Source: Pedobacter sp.
Lineage (GTDB): Bacteria > Desulfobacterota > Desulfuromonadia > Desulfuromonadales > Syntrophotaleaceae
DNA length: 64,000 nucleotides
Direction of reading: 5' to 3'
Assembly: GCA_050253415.1 (NCBI GenBank)
Contig: JBFWJC010000001.1
Coordinates: 1,640,679-1,704,678 of the forward strand
Shown here one piece after another: positions 20,455 to 30,704 of this stretch. The position numbers and the translations under genes are program-made. Every line of letters starts with the position of its first letter. Position 1 is the stretch's first letter. The notes beneath the pieces are model-generated. The model was not told the origin of the DNA, did not search any database, and saw nothing but the letters and a program-made list of their open reading frames with translations.

Positions 20455-22341
20455 GTGTCTCATAAGATTCATATACTCCCGGAAGCCTTGTGCAATCAGA
20501 TTGCCGCTGGCGAGGTAGTGGAAAGACCTGCCTCGGTTGTGAAGGAACTGGTGGAGAATTCTTTAGACGCCGGTGCCAGCCGTATTCAGGTGGAAGTTGA
20601 AAATGGCGGTAAGCGCCTTATCCGGGTTAGCGATAATGGAAGCGGGATGCCCCGTGAAGATGCATTTTTGTGTCTGGAACGACATGCCACCAGTAAAGTG
20701 CGCGCCGAGAAGGATCTCTTTCAGTTGACCACTCTGGGGTTTCGCGGTGAAGCCTTGCCTTCCATTGCTGCAATATCGCGTTTCTCCTTGCGTACCCGGG
20801 TAGCCGAAGCCTTGGAAGGATGGGAGATTATTGCCGAAGGAGGTACGGTAAAACGTGCTTCCGAAGCAGGTGTGCCCCCTGGGACAAGTATCGAGATTCG
20901 CAATCTTTTTTTCAATACCCCGGCGCGTCGTAAATTTTTGCGCCGCGATGAAACGGAACTGGGTCATATCGGCGAAACCTTAACCCGTTTGGCGCTTTCC
21001 AGTCCCGAGGTCTGTTTCCGGTTCGTGCATAATGGTCGCCTGCTTTGGGAGGTGAACCGGCAGAATACCCTTGCCGAGCGGGTGGCGGAACTTTTAGGCA
21101 GGCAAGTCGTTCGCGACATGCTGTCTCTTGATTGCCATGGTCCAGAGGGTATGCGTCTTAGCGGTCTCATCTCCCGGCCAAGCTTGAGCCGGGCAGGTCT
21201 TGGGGGTGTCTACACTTTCATTAACGGGCGGTTTATCCGGGATCGAGTCGTTCAACATGCTCTGGGAGACGGTTATCGCAATCTTCTTGAAAAGGGGCGG
21301 CACCCGGTTTTGGTATTATTTCTTGAAGTCGAACCGTCGCAGGTCGACGTTAATGTGCATCCTACCAAACACGAAGTGCGTTTTCGTCAACAGGCACTGG
21401 TTCACGATTTTATCGTTCAATCCCTGCGCGATCGTTTAAGTGTGTCTTCGCAGGTAGCAGAGGTTGCACCGGGCCGTAGTCCATTCCCGATGCCGGTACG
21501 TGAGTCCCGTACACCCGCCAAGACCCCGATGCCGCAGCGCGAGCCATGCACTCCCCTGGTTGACCTGCCAAGTGTCGAAACGAAGCCTGCTTCTGGCTGT
21601 CAGGCCCCATCTCAATCTCAGATCAAGGAGTCATTGACTTCTTATCCGTCAAGGCCGGAGATCTTGGCTCAACTGGAAGTGGCTGTTTGTCCGCGGGAAT
21701 CCGATCTGTTTGGATCACTGGTTCCTTCCGATTCTCAAGACCAGGCACAAACAAGCGGTTTTTTTTCGGGGTTGCATATCATTGGGCAGTACCAGAACAG
21801 TTATCTGGTATGTCAGGCCGGCCAGGATTTGTTGCTCGTCGATCAGCATGCCGCCCATGAGCGTATCGGTTTTGAGCGACTCAAGAAGCAGTATCTTACC
21901 GGCACGGTGGAACGACAACTGCTGCTTTTTCCCGTGGTGCTGGAATTCGATTTTCGCCAGGGAAAGGTGGTTGCCGAGCATTGCGAAGCTTTGTCGCGAT
22001 TCGGATTCGCGTTGGAGCATTTTGGCAGCAATGCATTCGCGCTCAAAGAGTTGCCGCGCATGTTAAAGGAAGCCGATGCCGAACGGTTGGTTCGTGACGT
22101 GGTCGATGAGTTGTCCTCTATAGGCCGTAGCCAGCTGGTTGAGCAGGAATTCGAACGCATTTTGATCAAAATGGCGTGCCATGGGATGTTGCGTGCGAAC
22201 CAACGCTTGTCGCAAGAGGAGATGCAGGCTCTGCTTGTCGCTATGGACGAGACCCCTTTTATCAGCCATTGTCCCCACGGTCGTCCGACCTTTCTGCGTT
22301 GGACTCATGGGGATGTGGAGCGGTTGTTCAAGAGGGCCTGA
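20455..22341 (+). CDS. mutL: DNA mismatch repair endonuclease MutL
   Basis: IAAGEVVERPASVVKELVENSLDAGA, GFRGEAL, DQHAAHERI, CPHGRP. Confidence 0.98.
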   Translation: MSHKIHILPEALCNQIAAGEVVERPASVVKELVENSLDAGASRIQVEVENGGKRLIRVSDNGSGMPREDAFLCLERHATSKVRAEKDLFQLTTLGFRGEALPSIAAISRFSLRTRVAEALEGWEIIAEGGTVKRASEAGVPPGTSIEIRNLFFNTPARRKFLRRDETELGHIGETLTRLALSSPEVCFRFVHNGRLLWEVNRQNTLAERVAELLGRQVVRDMLSLDCHGPEGMRLSGLISRPSLSRAGLGGVYTFINGRFIRDRVVQHALGDGYRNLLEKGRHPVLVLFLEVEPSQVDVNVHPTKHEVRFRQQALVHDFIVQSLRDRLSVSSQVAEVAPGRSPFPMPVRESRTPAKTPMPQREPCTPLVDLPSVETKPASGCQAPSQSQIKESLTSYPSRPEILAQLEVAVCPRESDLFGSLVPSDSQDQAQTSGFFSGLHIIGQYQNSYLVCQAGQDLLLVDQHAAHERIGFERLKKQYLTGTVERQLLLFPVVLEFDFRQGKVVAEHCEALSRFGFALEHFGSNAFALKELPRMLKEADAERLVRDVVDELSSIGRSQLVEQEFERILIKMACHGMLRANQRLSQEEMQALLVAMDETPFISHCPHGRPTFLRWTHGDVERLFKRA

Positions 22342-23282
22342 TGACTATCGAAGAAAAGGATATGCGGCCTCCGGTGCTTGTTCTGTGTGGCCCTACGGCT
22401 TCCGGCAAGACCTCTTTAGCCGTGCAGCTTGCCAAGTATCTGCCCATTGAAATTATATCTGCCGATTCGCGTCAGGTATATCGTTATATGGATATTGGTA
22501 CGGCGAAACCCTTGCCTGAAGAGCTTGCTGCCGCACCTCACCATCTTATCGATGTTGCCAACCCTGACGAAAATTTCACCGCCAGCGATTTCTCTCGGCT
22601 AGGGCGCCGAGCCTTGTATGCAATTCGTGAAAGAGGCCGGCTTCCTGTAATTGTGGGGGGGACCGGATTGTATATCCATGCCTTGCTGCACGGTTTGGTG
22701 GAAGCCCCCGGAGCGGACAGTCATCTACGGGCCAAGTTGATGCAGGAGGAAGAGAGGTGTGAAGGCATATTGTACGCGCGCCTGCAGTCGATAGACCCTG
22801 TGCTGGCGCAACGGTTACCCCCAAACGACCTGGTTCGCATTGTGCGGGGCCTTGAAGTGCATGCACTGAGTGGGCGCTGTCTATCCGACGTGCAGTCGGA
22901 GCATGCCCGTCGCAAATCACCCTTTCGGGTTGTTACTCTCGGGGTGACCATGCCTCGTGATGATTTATATCGACGCATTGATCAGCGTGTCTGCCAAATG
23001 ATCAAAGATGGGTTAGTGCAGGAAGTTGAAGGCCTGCTGAAGGCAGGTTATTGCGCTGAATCCAAGGCCATGCAGACTATTGGTTACAGAGAAATAGTGC
23101 AGTACATTTGTGAAAATCTGTCGCTGGAAGAGGCTGTGAGACTTATACAACGTGATTCGAGGCGCTACGCCAAGCGACAGCTGACATGGTTCAACAAGGT
23201 AAAATCAATAATTTGGCTTGATTCCTCGGGAGAGTTTGCTAAGGTATTGAAGTTAATTGAGAGTTTTTTTTATGCTACATAA
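22341..23282 (+). CDS. miaA: tRNA dimethylallyltransferase
   Basis: GPTASGKT, SADSRQVY..MDIGTAKP, VGGTGLY, RRYAKRQLTWF; TGATG overlap with mutL. Confidence 0.97.
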   Translation: MTIEEKDMRPPVLVLCGPTASGKTSLAVQLAKYLPIEIISADSRQVYRYMDIGTAKPLPEELAAAPHHLIDVANPDENFTASDFSRLGRRALYAIRERGRLPVIVGGTGLYIHALLHGLVEAPGADSHLRAKLMQEEERCEGILYARLQSIDPVLAQRLPPNDLVRIVRGLEVHALSGRCLSDVQSEHARRKSPFRVVTLGVTMPRDDLYRRIDQRVCQMIKDGLVQEVEGLLKAGYCAESKAMQTIGYREIVQYICENLSLEEAVRLIQRDSRRYAKRQLTWFNKVKSIIWLDSSGEFAKVLKLIESFFYAT

Positions 23283-23293
23283 AAGGAGTGGCT

Positions 23294-23527
23294 ATGTCCA
23301 AGACGCCGTTTAACATCCAGGATCAGTATTTGAATCAGGCCCGTAAAGAACGCGTTCGGGTAAACATTATCATGATGTCCGGCGACAAGCTGGATGGTTT
23401 CATCAAGTCGTTTGACAGCTTTTGCGTGCTGATCGAAAGTAAGGGAGATCTGCTGCTTTATAAGCATGCCATTTCCTCCATTACTTCGGTGGATGGATCG
23501 TTTAGGCTGCATGGCGGCCGAGACTAG
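23294..23527 (+). CDS. hfq: RNA chaperone Hfq
   Basis: NIQDQYLN, G.IKSFD.F, YKHAISSI; miaA-hfq synteny; AAGGAG RBS. Confidence 0.96.
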   Translation: MSKTPFNIQDQYLNQARKERVRVNIIMMSGDKLDGFIKSFDSFCVLIESKGDLLLYKHAISSITSVDGSFRLHGGRD

Positions 23528-23559
23528 TTGAACGTTTAAAGGCGCCAACCTGCTCCATG

Positions 23560-23605
23560 GGCTCCTGCTGAATATTATTTGCTTGTTCAGTCTGGAGCCT
23601 TTTTT
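23560..23605 (+). terminator. intrinsic terminator after hfq
   Basis: GGCTCC..GCTGAAT / GTTCAGT..GGAGCC interrupted stem followed by T6. Confidence 0.6.
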
Positions 23606-23840
23606 GTCTCTCCACCCACTATTTAAACGGTGGATGGTTCAGCTGTTGTAATGTATGAAAACATCCCTGTTCCATAAGCTACTGCAAGACAGCGGCTGAT
23701 GCGTTAATAATGGGTATTCTTTAGGGATCGCTCATCGGCGAAGGTCCTTCGTGATAAGCCCTTGCAGCCAAAGGGTTTGTCGAGGCACCCGCCACGTTTA
23801 TGCCTGATGCAGCGTTGCGGAAAATTATGAAGATACTTCC

Positions 23841-24392
23841 ATGACTATTCCCAACATGATGACTCTTGCACGTATGGCACTGGTCCCTGCTTTTTTGATC
23901 GGTGTAATCTACGGGTGGCTGCATATTGCTCTGGTCATTTTTGTCGTAGCTGCTGTTACGGATGCGTTGGACGGGTATCTGGCTCGTTGTTTTCATCAGG
24001 AATCCCAACTCGGACTGTATCTTGACCCCCTGGCTGACAAGCTGCTCAGTACGGTTTCTTATGTGTCTCTGGCTGTGATCGGTCTGATACCCGCCTGGTT
24101 GACGGTTGTTGTCGTTTTTAAAGATCTGTTCATCGGACTGGGGATCGCAATCGTCTTTTTTACAGGCCGGAAACCCAAAGTTATGCCTACCCTGTATGGG
24201 AAGGGTACGACTATCGTGCAGGTTATTACAATTGGTGCGGCATTAATCTGGAGTGTTATGGGGCTGGATGGTTCCGTTCTTGCTACTTTGTTCAAGATTA
24301 CCGGTGGCATGACAGTTCTGTCCGGTGGCCATTACATCCTGCAGGGTTTCAGACAATTGGATGAGGGGAAAAAAGCCGTGGTTTCCGCTTGA
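23841..24392 (+). CDS. CDP-alcohol phosphatidyltransferase (PgsA-like)
   Basis: IPNMMTLAR, TDALDGYLAR...LG.YLDPLADK. Confidence 0.92.
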   Translation: MTIPNMMTLARMALVPAFLIGVIYGWLHIALVIFVVAAVTDALDGYLARCFHQESQLGLYLDPLADKLLSTVSYVSLAVIGLIPAWLTVVVVFKDLFIGLGIAIVFFTGRKPKVMPTLYGKGTTIVQVITIGAALIWSVMGLDGSVLATLFKITGGMTVLSGGHYILQGFRQLDEGKKAVVSA

Positions 24393-24444
24393 CGGCGACC
24401 GAATTATTCTTATGGGTTTTATCGCTCTTTTGGATGGTATTTGA

Positions 24445-25257
24445 ATGACAAGTGAAAAACAATGGCAGTTAACGGCTGAAAAGGCTTCTGTCTTGCTGGA
24501 AAAAGGAGACTGGGCCGCAGCCGCGCAATTATACCGGCAGGCAATTGAGTCCGAAAAGACGGTTGCTGTATTGTATGCCGGACTTGGTGAAGCTTTGGCT
24601 GAGGGTGGTAAGCTGGAACAGGCGATCGCTGCATATCAGACGGCCTTAAAACTTGACCCCAGTGACGTGGAAAGTCAGTTCGCTATAGGGGATTTACTTT
24701 TTGAACTGGATGAGGATGACAAGGCTCTGGAATGCTATCGGCAGCTGACTTCTCATCCGGAAGAAGCAGGCGAGGCCCTGGCCAGAATGGCTTTGGTGCA
24801 TGCGAGCCGGGAGGAATACCGGAAAGCCCTTGAATTACTTGAGCAGGCCCGCAATGCCGATCCCGAATCCGCTTTTGTGCTGAATGGCCTCGGTGATGTA
24901 TATGCGGCCCTCGGCCAACCCGAGCAGGCTCTGGCGGCTTTTGAAAAGGCGTTGCAGCTTGACCCCGAAGATCCCCATATTTTACTGCATCTGGGGGATT
25001 TACAACACGATATGGGCAACACTGCCAATGCGGAACGGTTTTATCGGCAAGCCCTTGAATTGCAAGAGGACTTCCCTGAGGTGCATCTGGCTCTTGGACA
25101 TCTCATGTTGGACGAGGAACAGACGGAAAAGGCTCTCAAACATTATCGCCGGTTTCTCGATCTTGAAAAAGACCGGGATTCGCAGGATCTTATCAAAGAG
25201 GTCGCGGCGGTGGTGGAAGGGCTGGAAACCGAGTTGGGACGGCCCTCCAAAAAATAG
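24445..25257 (+). CDS. tetratricopeptide repeat protein
   Basis: Repeated LG..Y...G..EQA..A.EKAL.LDP units. Confidence 0.88.
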   Translation: MTSEKQWQLTAEKASVLLEKGDWAAAAQLYRQAIESEKTVAVLYAGLGEALAEGGKLEQAIAAYQTALKLDPSDVESQFAIGDLLFELDEDDKALECYRQLTSHPEEAGEALARMALVHASREEYRKALELLEQARNADPESAFVLNGLGDVYAALGQPEQALAAFEKALQLDPEDPHILLHLGDLQHDMGNTANAERFYRQALELQEDFPEVHLALGHLMLDEEQTEKALKHYRRFLDLEKDRDSQDLIKEVAAVVEGLETELGRPSKK

Positions 25258-25266
25258 GCCGGCAAT

Positions 25267-25296
25267 AAAAAAGGGCAGCCTGTGCAGGCTGCCCTT
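25267..25296 (-). terminator. intrinsic terminator for the PxxKW gene
   Basis: AAGGGCAGCCTG/CAGGCTGCCCTT stem with A-run on the left (U-tract on minus strand). Confidence 0.75.
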
Positions 25297-25322
25297 CCGT
25301 TTCGTTCCCAAGAAGAAATAAG

Positions 25323-25613
25323 TTACTTCTTCTTGCCTGCGGAAGCCTTTTTGGAGGCTTTGAGCGGGTTGACTTTCTGAGTGCTGGTCTGGATTTCGAT
25401 TTTCTTGTGAGTGGCGAGATTGCACAAGCCTTGGGCCCACTTACGCTCGGGGCAAGGATACGCCGAGCAAACGGGACCGATGGTGCTTTCCACTACACGT
25501 TCGCAGCCCTGACAGGCTTCGACGATGGGCTGACAGGAATTACCTTCGAAGATACAGCCGTTCTTGCTCCAGAAGGTACACTCGGTACCGGGAAGAATAG
25601 TTTCACATTTCAT
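25323..25613 (-). CDS. PxxKW family cysteine-rich protein
   Basis: 9 Cys, PERKW motif, basic tail KVNPLKASKK; GGAGG RBS. Confidence 0.85.
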   Translation of the reverse strand: MKCETILPGTECTFWSKNGCIFEGNSCQPIVEACQGCERVVESTIGPVCSAYPCPERKWAQGLCNLATHKKIEIQTSTQKVNPLKASKKASAGKKK

Positions 25614-25792
25614 GGGATGGTGTTGCCTCCTTTATGTCGTTCTTCTGAAAAGCTTTCGTTCTTGCAGACGGACATTATTTAACAGCTTGGTGAAATTTGT
25701 CAATCATTAATTCCGCGGTCGCGTTTTCCCTTTTTTGCCATGGTTGGTAGGTTGGGATTTCGGTTGCCCGGAGATGGAGGAAAATACTGAAC

Positions 25793-26068
25793 ATGAATCA
25801 GGATTGGGAAAAAATCTGTCGTCGTTGTGGACAATGCTGCTACGAAAAAGTCGAGTTTGAAGGGGAAATTTATTATACCGATGATCCATGTGAGTATCTG
25901 GATCTTGAGACGCGTCTCTGTCGCGTCTACCCCGATCGTTGCGCTGTGCGTAAGGGGTGTGTCGCTCTGACGCCGAAACTGGTGTTGCAGGGTTTGCTGC
26001 CTGATGAATGTCCTTACGTAAAATATATTTTGTCACAGATTGAAAAGGGTCATCGGATTCCAGATTGA
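25793..26068 (+). CDS. CxxCxxCC (YkgJ/YcgN-like) cysteine-cluster protein
   Basis: CRRCGQCC, C.YLD...C.VY.DR, LP..CPY; GGAGG RBS. Confidence 0.85.
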   Translation: MNQDWEKICRRCGQCCYEKVEFEGEIYYTDDPCEYLDLETRLCRVYPDRCAVRKGCVALTPKLVLQGLLPDECPYVKYILSQIEKGHRIPD

Positions 26069-26204
26069 TATCGGGAAGTAGCTGAAAACAATTAATGCTT
26101 TGGTCTTCTCCTTTGTTACAATGAAACAAGATAATGAGCTTGTCGTTTTTTACGTGATTATCGTAAGCTTTATTGGGATTCCGAATATTTACAGGAGGAA
26201 GACT

Positions 26205-27626
26205 ATGCATGGTATCAAGTTTGGAACCTCCGGTTGGCGAGGCATTTTTTGCGAGGACTTCACTCTCGACAACGTTCGGGTGGTTACCCAGGCCATAGCC
26301 GATCACCTGCGTTCCAAAGGCTTGCACCAACGTGGGGTGGTGATAGGGCACGACAGTCGTTTCCTTGGCGAAAAATTCGCTCGTGAAACCGCCAGTGTGC
26401 TTGCGGGCGACGGTATCCCCTCATTCCTTTGCAACCGGGATACCCCAACCCCGGTTATTGCTTTTGAAATTTTACGACGGGATGCGGCCGGTGGCATCAA
26501 TTTTACTGCCAGCCACAATCCTGCAGATTACAATGGCATGAAGTTTTCGCCCGCATCAGGGGGGCCTGCGCTGCCCGAAGTAACAGACGATATCGAGAGG
26601 CGCGCCAACGCCATGCTCGGTGAAATATGTTATCGCGCCATGCCTCTGGATGAGGCCTTTCAAAGTGGCCTGGTAGAGGAATTCGATCCTCAGCCAAAAT
26701 ACGAAAAAGCCATTGAAAAACTGGTAGATTTGCAAGTGATCGGGCGTGCCGGGATCACCATTGCCGTGAATCCCCTGTATGGTACCGCTCGTGGATATCT
26801 CGATAAAATGTTGCGGGAAGCTGGTGCCCGGGTAGTGTGCATCAACGATTATAGGGATCCTTATTTTGGTGGTTTCCCACCTGAGCCGGCGCAGAACTAC
26901 GTTGGGGATTTTATCGATCTGGTAAAAAAAGATCAGGCCATCTCTTTAGGTCTTGCTACCGATGGCGACGCTGACCGCTATGGTCTTCTCGATTATGATG
27001 GCACCTTTATCGAACCTAATTATTTTCTTGCGCTGTTGTACGATTACCTTATTCGGGTGCGTGATGTCAAAGGCGATGCGGCGCGCTCTGTGGCGACCTC
27101 TCATTTTATTGATGCTGTGGCCAGTTACCATGGGCAACAGGTACATGAAACGCCGGTTGGGTTCAAATATATCGGCGAACTCATAAGCGCTGGCAATGTC
27201 TTGCTGGGCGGTGAGGAGAGCGCTGGCCTTACAATCGCCGGGCATGTGCCTGAAAAGGATGGTATCCTGGCTTGTCTTCTGGCGGCGGAAATGGTGGCTG
27301 TGACGGGCAAACCGCTTGGCGCCCAATTACAGGATCTTTATAACCGCGTTGGAAGTTTTTATACGCGGCGTAAGAACATTCGTCTTTCCGCTGGGTTTGA
27401 GGATCAGTTTACGCGAAAAATGAACAACCCTCCTGAAGCCATCGGTGGATGGAAGGTGACGGATATTGTTACCATCGATGGTTGGAAATTTTTTCTGGAA
27501 AACGATGCCTGGATGTTATTACGCAAATCGGGTACCGAGCCCGTTGTGCGGCTTTATTGTGAAGCACGTAGCGAAAAAGATCTTGAGCATTTGGTTGAAG
27601 CCGGCAAAGCTTTTATCACCGGCTGA
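26205..27626 (+). CDS. phosphoglucomutase/phosphomannomutase family protein
   Basis: FGTSGWRG, TASHNP, DGDADR, GEESAG, RKSGTEP; AGGAGG RBS. Confidence 0.95.
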   Translation: MHGIKFGTSGWRGIFCEDFTLDNVRVVTQAIADHLRSKGLHQRGVVIGHDSRFLGEKFARETASVLAGDGIPSFLCNRDTPTPVIAFEILRRDAAGGINFTASHNPADYNGMKFSPASGGPALPEVTDDIERRANAMLGEICYRAMPLDEAFQSGLVEEFDPQPKYEKAIEKLVDLQVIGRAGITIAVNPLYGTARGYLDKMLREAGARVVCINDYRDPYFGGFPPEPAQNYVGDFIDLVKKDQAISLGLATDGDADRYGLLDYDGTFIEPNYFLALLYDYLIRVRDVKGDAARSVATSHFIDAVASYHGQQVHETPVGFKYIGELISAGNVLLGGEESAGLTIAGHVPEKDGILACLLAAEMVAVTGKPLGAQLQDLYNRVGSFYTRRKNIRLSAGFEDQFTRKMNNPPEAIGGWKVTDIVTIDGWKFFLENDAWMLLRKSGTEPVVRLYCEARSEKDLEHLVEAGKAFITG

Positions 27627-27655
27627 GTCTGGTTAAAAATGGAAGGATAACAGAC

Positions 27656-28153
27656 ATGGCGGATACTCGCCGATATTGGTTGATGAAATCCGAACCCGGG
27701 TGTTTCTCTATCGATGATCTTGAACATTGTCCGGGTGGTATTTCTGCTTGGGACGGGGTGCGAAACTATCAGGCGCGAAATTTTCTTCGGGATGAGATCC
27801 AGGTTGGGGACGGGGTGCTTTTTTACCACAGCAATATTTCTGAGCCTGCCATTGTCGGTGTGGCGCGGGTTGTGCGTTCCGGCTACCCCGACTATACCGC
27901 TTGGGATCCCCGGTCGGATCATTTTGATCCTCGCAGCAGTGAAGCCAATCCCATTTGGTATATGGTTGATGTGCAGTACCTTGCCCACCTTTCAGCACCT
28001 TTGAGCCGTGATCTTCTCAGGCACCATCCGCAATTGTCGCAGATGGATGTATTGAAGCGAGGTAGCCGGTTGTCCGTTCAGCCGGTTAGCGCCAGCCAAT
28101 GGCGGGATGTGCTTCTGGCCGGTGGCTTGGCTGATCTTGTTGATGAAGGTTAA
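27656..28153 (+). CDS. EVE domain protein
   Basis: YWLMKSEP, WDGVRNYQARNFLR, LFYHS, RLSVQPV. Confidence 0.95.
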   Translation: MADTRRYWLMKSEPGCFSIDDLEHCPGGISAWDGVRNYQARNFLRDEIQVGDGVLFYHSNISEPAIVGVARVVRSGYPDYTAWDPRSDHFDPRSSEANPIWYMVDVQYLAHLSAPLSRDLLRHHPQLSQMDVLKRGSRLSVQPVSASQWRDVLLAGGLADLVDEG

Positions 28154-28243
28154 CCATTCGGGTCTGAGTGGGGTCAAACTTTCTACGATTCAGAATAAAG
28201 CCCTAGGGCTTAATCGATCAGAGTCTTCATTTTGGGAGGATGC

Positions 28244-30670
28244 ATGAAAAAAGCGCTTCGTTACATCGGTTTCGCTTCGGGTGGTCTGGTGGTACTGCTC
28301 GTGCTGGTTCTTGTTCTGGCAAAGTTTCTCATCAATTCAGAGCAGGTGCGGAATACTGTACTCCCGATGGCCAGAGAAGCGCTGCAGCGGGATGTTGCAC
28401 TCGGTGATATCGAAATCAGCATTTTTTCCGGTATTGTTCTGCATGATCTTACCGTTATGGATAAAGACGGTACCTCTGCTTTTGTTGAAGCAGGCACGGT
28501 GGTTTTGCGTTACCGTTTTTGGCCTTTGCTGAAGCTTAAAGTGGTGGTCGATGAGGTCCGATTGGAGCAACCGGTGGTGCGGATTGTGCGAAAGGCGGAT
28601 GGTTCGTTTAATTTCAGCGATCTGTTGGAAAACAAAAAGCAGGCTGGTCCGGAGCAGGATCAGTCGGAGCCGGAGCCCGACAAGGGAAAGGCTTTCAACT
28701 TGCTGGTTTCCGAAGTGATCCTTTCTGACGGTCAGGTGCAGTTTGTCGATTACCGGGCCAACCCCGATAAGCCTTTCGCCCTTGATTTGTCGCAGCTCAA
28801 TCTGCGCGCCGAAGATATTTCAAGAGAACAGCCTTTTCCGATCAGCTTAGGAGTGCTCGTCAATCAGGCAAAACTCGACATAAACGGGCAGATTGACCCC
28901 GCCGCAGGGGGCGGCCAGGTCAAAATCCAGCTGGCCGATTTGAATCTGCCCGATTTCGCACCGTATTTTGAAAAGCAGCAACCTGGAAAAATAAAGGCAC
29001 TGAAGATCAACTGTGATCTTGATGTTGAAGGTACTGCGCAGAAGCTGCACAGCGCCGGTAGCATTATGCTTGCCGGACTTGAACTGGCGCCTTCGACTGC
29101 TTCGGGGAATCCTGTCCGCGGTCTGGATATTACTTTCGATCATGATATGCAACTTGACCGTCCCGCTGGTGTCCTGGATATAACCCGGGGGCGCCTGCTG
29201 GTCGGTGGACTGTCTGTTGATCTACAAGCACGACTCGAGCAACTCGGAGAACGTCCCGCCATAAATGGTACCGCGACAATATCCAGAATCGATCTCTCGA
29301 AGCTTTCCGAAATTCTGCCCCCGGCATTGCTGGGGAATATCCCCAACATGAAACCTGCCGGATTTGTTCATGCACGGCTCCAGCTTGAGGGGCCTCTTGC
29401 TCAGCCCAAGGCTTTGCTTAAAAAGGGAGAAGTGCGGCTTGATGGGGTACAGGTTACCGCTGGGACCTTACGTCCTCAGCTGACCGGGGACCTGACTTTA
29501 ACCAACGATACTTTGGTGGGACGTAAGCTTAATCTGGTCCTGGGGGAAGATCGCGCACTGCTCGATCTTACGGCGGAAAACCTGTTGGGCAAACCGATTC
29601 GCGTGACTTCTGGACTTACTGCAGATCGTCTCCAACTTGATAAGCTTATGGGGGGAGGGTCCGGCGACAAAGTCATAACGGATGCCAGTACGGAGACCAA
29701 GGCCAAAAAGGTGAAACGTGAACTTGGGCCCTATAATTTTCCGATTACCGCTCTTGGCACATTGCGTGTTGGGCAAGCCGTATGGCGCGGTACGCTTATT
29801 GAGGATCTGTCCGCCCGTTACCAGCTCAAGGACAATATTTTTACCCTGGAACAGTTAACCGGCAAGACGGCCGGCGGAACTTTTTCGGAAACCGCGCGCA
29901 TCGATCTTACCAAGCCGGGATTGGCTTATAAAACCCATATCCAAACCAGCGCTATCCAAGCCGATCCGCTGTTGTCCGCGTTTGTACCCAAGATGGCCGG
30001 TACGGTCTTCGGCTTGCTGAATTTGTCCGTTGATATGCAGGGGCAGGGAACGGGTCTGGAAGACCTGAAACAAAACCTCTCCGGGAGTGGGGACCTTAAA
30101 ATGGCCGATGGAAAGATTACGGGCGCCGGGTTGGTCGGAGGGCTTGCCGATTTCCTTGACCTGGAGGAATTACGCGTACTGCGGTTCTCTCAGGCCGCCG
30201 GCCAGTTGGTGATAAAAGACGGTCGTGTTCAGGTTGATGGCAATCTTGCCGGGGATCAGGTACGACTTGCTCCTACCGGTACGGTTGGTTTGGACGGTAC
30301 CCTTGATGTCGGGCTGCCGGTTCGACTGGCGCCTGCCTTGACCGCGCGTCTGGATAGCAGCAATAAGTTCAGCCGATTTTTGACCGATTCCCAAGGTTGG
30401 GGCGAATTGCCTCTTAAAGTTACCGGTACCATCAAGGCGCCAAGGTTTGCTCTCGATACCAAGGCGTTGGGGGGCAGTATTCAGCGCGGAGTACAACAAC
30501 AATTACAGAAAACCCTGCAGGAAAAACTATTTAAATCAAACAAAGAAGCCCAGACTCCGGACGCGGAAAAGGCGCAATCGGATGCATCGACCGATGAGGC
30601 TGGTACGGATAAAAAGGCTACCGAAGAAAAACTCCTGGAAGGAGTCATGAAGGGCCTTTTCGGTAAATAG
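28244..30670 (+). CDS. AsmA family protein
   Basis: N-terminal TM anchor, DGSFNFSDLL, beta-rich body, C-terminal LPLKVTGTIKAP. Confidence 0.88.
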   Translation: MKKALRYIGFASGGLVVLLVLVLVLAKFLINSEQVRNTVLPMAREALQRDVALGDIEISIFSGIVLHDLTVMDKDGTSAFVEAGTVVLRYRFWPLLKLKVVVDEVRLEQPVVRIVRKADGSFNFSDLLENKKQAGPEQDQSEPEPDKGKAFNLLVSEVILSDGQVQFVDYRANPDKPFALDLSQLNLRAEDISREQPFPISLGVLVNQAKLDINGQIDPAAGGGQVKIQLADLNLPDFAPYFEKQQPGKIKALKINCDLDVEGTAQKLHSAGSIMLAGLELAPSTASGNPVRGLDITFDHDMQLDRPAGVLDITRGRLLVGGLSVDLQARLEQLGERPAINGTATISRIDLSKLSEILPPALLGNIPNMKPAGFVHARLQLEGPLAQPKALLKKGEVRLDGVQVTAGTLRPQLTGDLTLTNDTLVGRKLNLVLGEDRALLDLTAENLLGKPIRVTSGLTADRLQLDKLMGGGSGDKVITDASTETKAKKVKRELGPYNFPITALGTLRVGQAVWRGTLIEDLSARYQLKDNIFTLEQLTGKTAGGTFSETARIDLTKPGLAYKTHIQTSAIQADPLLSAFVPKMAGTVFGLLNLSVDMQGQGTGLEDLKQNLSGSGDLKMADGKITGAGLVGGLADFLDLEELRVLRFSQAAGQLVIKDGRVQVDGNLAGDQVRLAPTGTVGLDGTLDVGLPVRLAPALTARLDSSNKFSRFLTDSQGWGELPLKVTGTIKAPRFALDTKALGGSIQRGVQQQLQKTLQEKLFKSNKEAQTPDAEKAQSDASTDEAGTDKKATEEKLLEGVMKGLFGK

Positions 30671-30704
30671 TGTTCATTCGGAAACTATGGATGAACACAA
30701 GTGC

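Noticed and set aside
27656..28153. EVE domain as part of a modification-dependent defence system
   Set aside because: Stand-alone, no nuclease or toxin neighbour, embedded among housekeeping genes.
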